From an uncultured archaeon (GTDB lineage: Archaea > Thermoproteota > Bathyarchaeia > Bathyarchaeales > Bathycorpusculaceae): a DNA stretch of 64,000 nucleotides. Shown here piece after piece: positions 61,403-64,000 of this stretch. The notes beneath the pieces were generated by a model that worked only from the letters and a program-made list of their open reading frames with translations, was not told the origin of the DNA and did no database searches. Numbering within the stretch: position 1 is the first letter of the stretch; every line of letters starts with the position of its first letter. Location of the stretch: the NCBI GenBank assembly GCA_963782915.1, contig CAWALK010000019.1, positions 64,001 to 128,000 on the forward strand. Reading direction: 5' to 3'. The position numbers and the translations under genes were made by a program.

Positions 61403-64000
61403 CTATTTAGCGCCACCCGCAACTGGCAATTCTACCGTAAAAGTCGCACCCCTACCCTGCTCACTCCTAAACGTAATCGAGCTGTTCTGTGCCTCCATAA
61501 GCCGTTTACACACCGCTAACCCAAAACCCTGACCCTTAGCTTTGGTAGTAAAGAGCGGCTTGAAAATTAGGTCTTTTTGCCCTTCAGGAATACCAACACC
61601 CGTATCTTGAACGTTAACCTCTATTTTGCCATCTTTAGGCTCAACGCTTATAGTAATTTTGCCTCCGTTTGGCATAGCTTGGACACTGTTTGTAAACAGG
61701 TTCAGAAGGGTACGTTGAAGATATGATCGGTCAGTCAATACTTTCGGTGAAGCCTCAGGAATTCGAATGGAAACCTGGACGTTTTGTGGGATTTTAAGGG
61801 TTTTTAACGCCATGTCTATTATCTCTCTAATATTGGAACTTTTTATTTCTGGACAAAGCGGCTTTGCATAATCCTGAAGGTCTGCGGCTATTTTGCTAAT
61901 GTATTCAGTCTGTTGTTCGATGAGGTCTATGCTTTCTTTAAGGCTATTTTTTGATTCTCCTTCAGGCAAATTATCTATCTCTACCTTAGCTAAATACACC
62001 GTTCCAGTAATGCTCTGCAACGGATTGCGGATGTCATGCCCAATCATGCCCGCGGTTTCACCGATGCCTGCCATGCGTTCAGCTTTTTTTAGTTCAATGG
62101 TTCGTTCACGAACAATTTCTTCAAGCTTTATCGTTTGCTGTTTCAGACTATTTTCCAATTTTTTGAGTTCGGTGATTTCGCTTATTATGCCCACTGCGAA
62201 GTTGACTTCGCCTTTTTTGGTGGTTTCAGGGGCTATGTTGTATTGGATAATTTTTATCGCTTTTTTGGTTTTTAGTTCAAACTCGCCCTTTTCAGCTTTT
62301 TTGCCTTCAAAAACCTTGCTTAAGGAGTCAATTAATTGCTGAGAAGGTCCCTTTAGGATATCTACTTCGTTGATTGTTTTGCCAACTGCTTCTTTCGGTT
62401 GTATATCCAGAATTTTTTTTGCAGATGGGCTTAGATAAATAAATTGTAACTTGCTGCTGAACCGTACAATGACCTCTGGCGAGTTTTCGGCGAGTGCACG
62501 ATATTTCTCTGCATCTTGCTGGATTCTGGTTTGCGCCTGCTTAATATCGTCAATATCAATGAAAGCAATCACTGCGCCATCGATTTTCTTTTGCTCGGTA
62601 ACATATGGGCGGATACGTAGTTCATACCATCGCCCTTTCGGGTCTTGCAAATCTAATTTAACAATGGTAAGGCGAGTAACCACGGAAGTTATCATATTTT
62701 CTAAGTCGTTAACGGGAATATTTAGCCGAATATTCATGATTGAGCGTCCAACATCCGTTGGGATGAGGCCCAAAATTTCCTGTGATAGAAGTGTAAATTT
62801 CCTGATTTTTAGGTCATTGTCAACCATGATTATAGGCATATCTATGTTTTTGATAAGGTTTGTTAAGTCGTCGTTTGAACGTGCCAAGTCAGCGTTTCTA
62901 ATCTGTAATTCATCGTTTAAGGTTTTTAATTCTTCATTGCTTGACTGAAGTTCCTCGCGAGCTGTTTCTAATTCTTCGTTTGTGCTTTGGAGTTCTTCGT
63001 TGCTTGATTGGACTTCCTCCATGGCGGCACGTAATTCTTCGTTGGTTCCTTCTTCTTCCTCAATGATTGTTTGTAGCGATTGTTTAGTTGAATCAAGCTC
63101 TTCTCTGAGCTCTTGCATTTGTTTGTCTCTGCTTAACGTTTCGGGAGCAGTTTCAGCAGCAAGTGTTTGAGCAGTGTTGGTCGACTCTTTGAATAATATT
63201 AGGTAAAAGGTGTCATTGAAGTCTTTGGAGGTTACCGGCAATATGTCTAGATTTATTGTTTTGCAGACACCGTTGATTTCGAAAGCCAAATTTTCTATAG
63301 TTACTGGCTTATTTTCTCTTTTAACTCGGTAAATGCCTGCTTGCGCTTCCAGTTTTATTTCTTCGCGAAGCATCTTGCTGATGTTTAGACTTGCTTCCCC
63401 TGATTCCGGAAGAATATACGGTGACAAGTTACCTCGGAAAAGCAGGATATTCAAGTTCTGGTTTACCAGAAGCATGGCTGGAACATACTTGGAAATTACG
63501 ATTTTATCGACTTCTTCCCGAATAGTTGCTAACCTGTCCTTTTTGGGTAATTGAATGGTTGCTGTTTTAGGGGTGGGAATTTGGAAGCTTTCAAATCCAA
63601 GTGTGACTTGAGAGGGCGATTTCTTCTTTATAAAAACTGCCCCTTTCTTCTCTATCGGCGAGAAAAGATCGGTGAATTTTCCGATACTTTCCGATTCTCC
63701 CAACATCAAATACCCATTGGGTTTAAGTGCGTAGCTAAGGATTGGAATCACTCTTTCCTGCAGGGTGGCGTCTAGGTAAATCAGTACGTTTCTGCAACTA
63801 ACTAAATCTATGTTTGAAAAAGGCGGGTCCCTTGTAAGGTCTTGACGTGCGAACACGCATCTTTCTCGGATATATTTGGCAATTTGGTAGCTGCCATTTA
63901 TTCTCTCAAAATATTTTCTTAGCCTATTTTCTGAAACGTCTGTTTCTATGGTTTTAGGGTAAACCGCTTGGCGTGCTTTTTCTATATTTTTCTCGTTAAT
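61403..64000 (-). CDS. CheR-type methyltransferase / PAS / histidine kinase fusion, 5' end outside the window
   Basis: DPPFSNIDLVSCRNVLIY, LKPNGYLMLGESE, EELQSTNEELET repeats, PAS, GHDIRNPLQ, HATPase; frame open to the window edge. Confidence 0.92.
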   Translation of the reverse strand: MNEKNIEKARQAVYPKTIETDVSENRLRKYFERINGSYQIAKYIRERCVFARQDLTRDPPFSNIDLVSCRNVLIYLDATLQERVIPILSYALKPNGYLMLGESESIGKFTDLFSPIEKKGAVFIKKKSPSQVTLGFESFQIPTPKTATIQLPKKDRLATIREEVDKIVISKYVPAMLLVNQNLNILLFRGNLSPYILPESGEASLNISKMLREEIKLEAQAGIYRVKRENKPVTIENLAFEINGVCKTINLDILPVTSKDFNDTFYLILFKESTNTAQTLAAETAPETLSRDKQMQELREELDSTKQSLQTIIEEEEGTNEELRAAMEEVQSSNEELQSTNEELETAREELQSSNEELKTLNDELQIRNADLARSNDDLTNLIKNIDMPIIMVDNDLKIRKFTLLSQEILGLIPTDVGRSIMNIRLNIPVNDLENMITSVVTRLTIVKLDLQDPKGRWYELRIRPYVTEQKKIDGAVIAFIDIDDIKQAQTRIQQDAEKYRALAENSPEVIVRFSSKLQFIYLSPSAKKILDIQPKEAVGKTINEVDILKGPSQQLIDSLSKVFEGKKAEKGEFELKTKKAIKIIQYNIAPETTKKGEVNFAVGIISEITELKKLENSLKQQTIKLEEIVRERTIELKKAERMAGIGETAGMIGHDIRNPLQSITGTVYLAKVEIDNLPEGESKNSLKESIDLIEQQTEYISKIAADLQDYAKPLCPEIKSSNIREIIDMALKTLKIPQNVQVSIRIPEASPKVLTDRSYLQRTLLNLFTNSVQAMPNGGKITISVEPKDGKIEVNVQDTGVGIPEGQKDLIFKPLFTTKAKGQGFGLAVCKRLMEAQNSSITFRSEQGRGATFTVELPVAGGAK

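Noticed and set aside
62900-63070. Periodic TTCTTC/GTTC pattern
   Set aside because: It encodes the known EELQSTNEEL coiled-coil heptads of CheR fusions.
1442-63775. Numerous short ORFs overlapping or antisense to well-supported genes
   Set aside because: They are shadow frames with no recognisable motifs.

Overview
Archaeal chromosomal window, most likely Bathyarchaeia. This is inferred from the PQQ-type beta-propeller surface protein, several PAS histidine kinases with a GHD(I/L)RNPLQ H-box, archaeal TrpRS, rpl12 and a porCDAB operon. Many genes, including ribosomal protein rpl12, carry single-base frameshifts, so the assembly probably has uncorrected indel errors and pseudogene calls are unreliable. 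Housekeeping regions (1-32 kb, 52-64 kb) flank an ~18.7 kb element (33385-52059) integrated at the 3' end of tRNA-Asn(GTT), bounded by an 18-bp direct repeat with one mismatch. The element carries a tyrosine recombinase, a putative Rep/wHTH module, an AbiE-like nucleotidyltransferase pair and cargo genes. The most striking unexplained structure is inside it: three 136-138 bp repeats bounded by AAGGCCTTC...GAAGRCCTT inverted ends, plus two half sites. They separate small gene units, and two intact ORFs stop on a repeat end, which suggests an integron-like cassette array with non-attC sites. A second non-coding family (TATAWAAGGGAGGGG...GAGAGCAA motif and ~300 bp hairpin-rich repeats) is dispersed at gene-cluster junctions. 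All product calls come from motif recognition by eye; no database searches were run.
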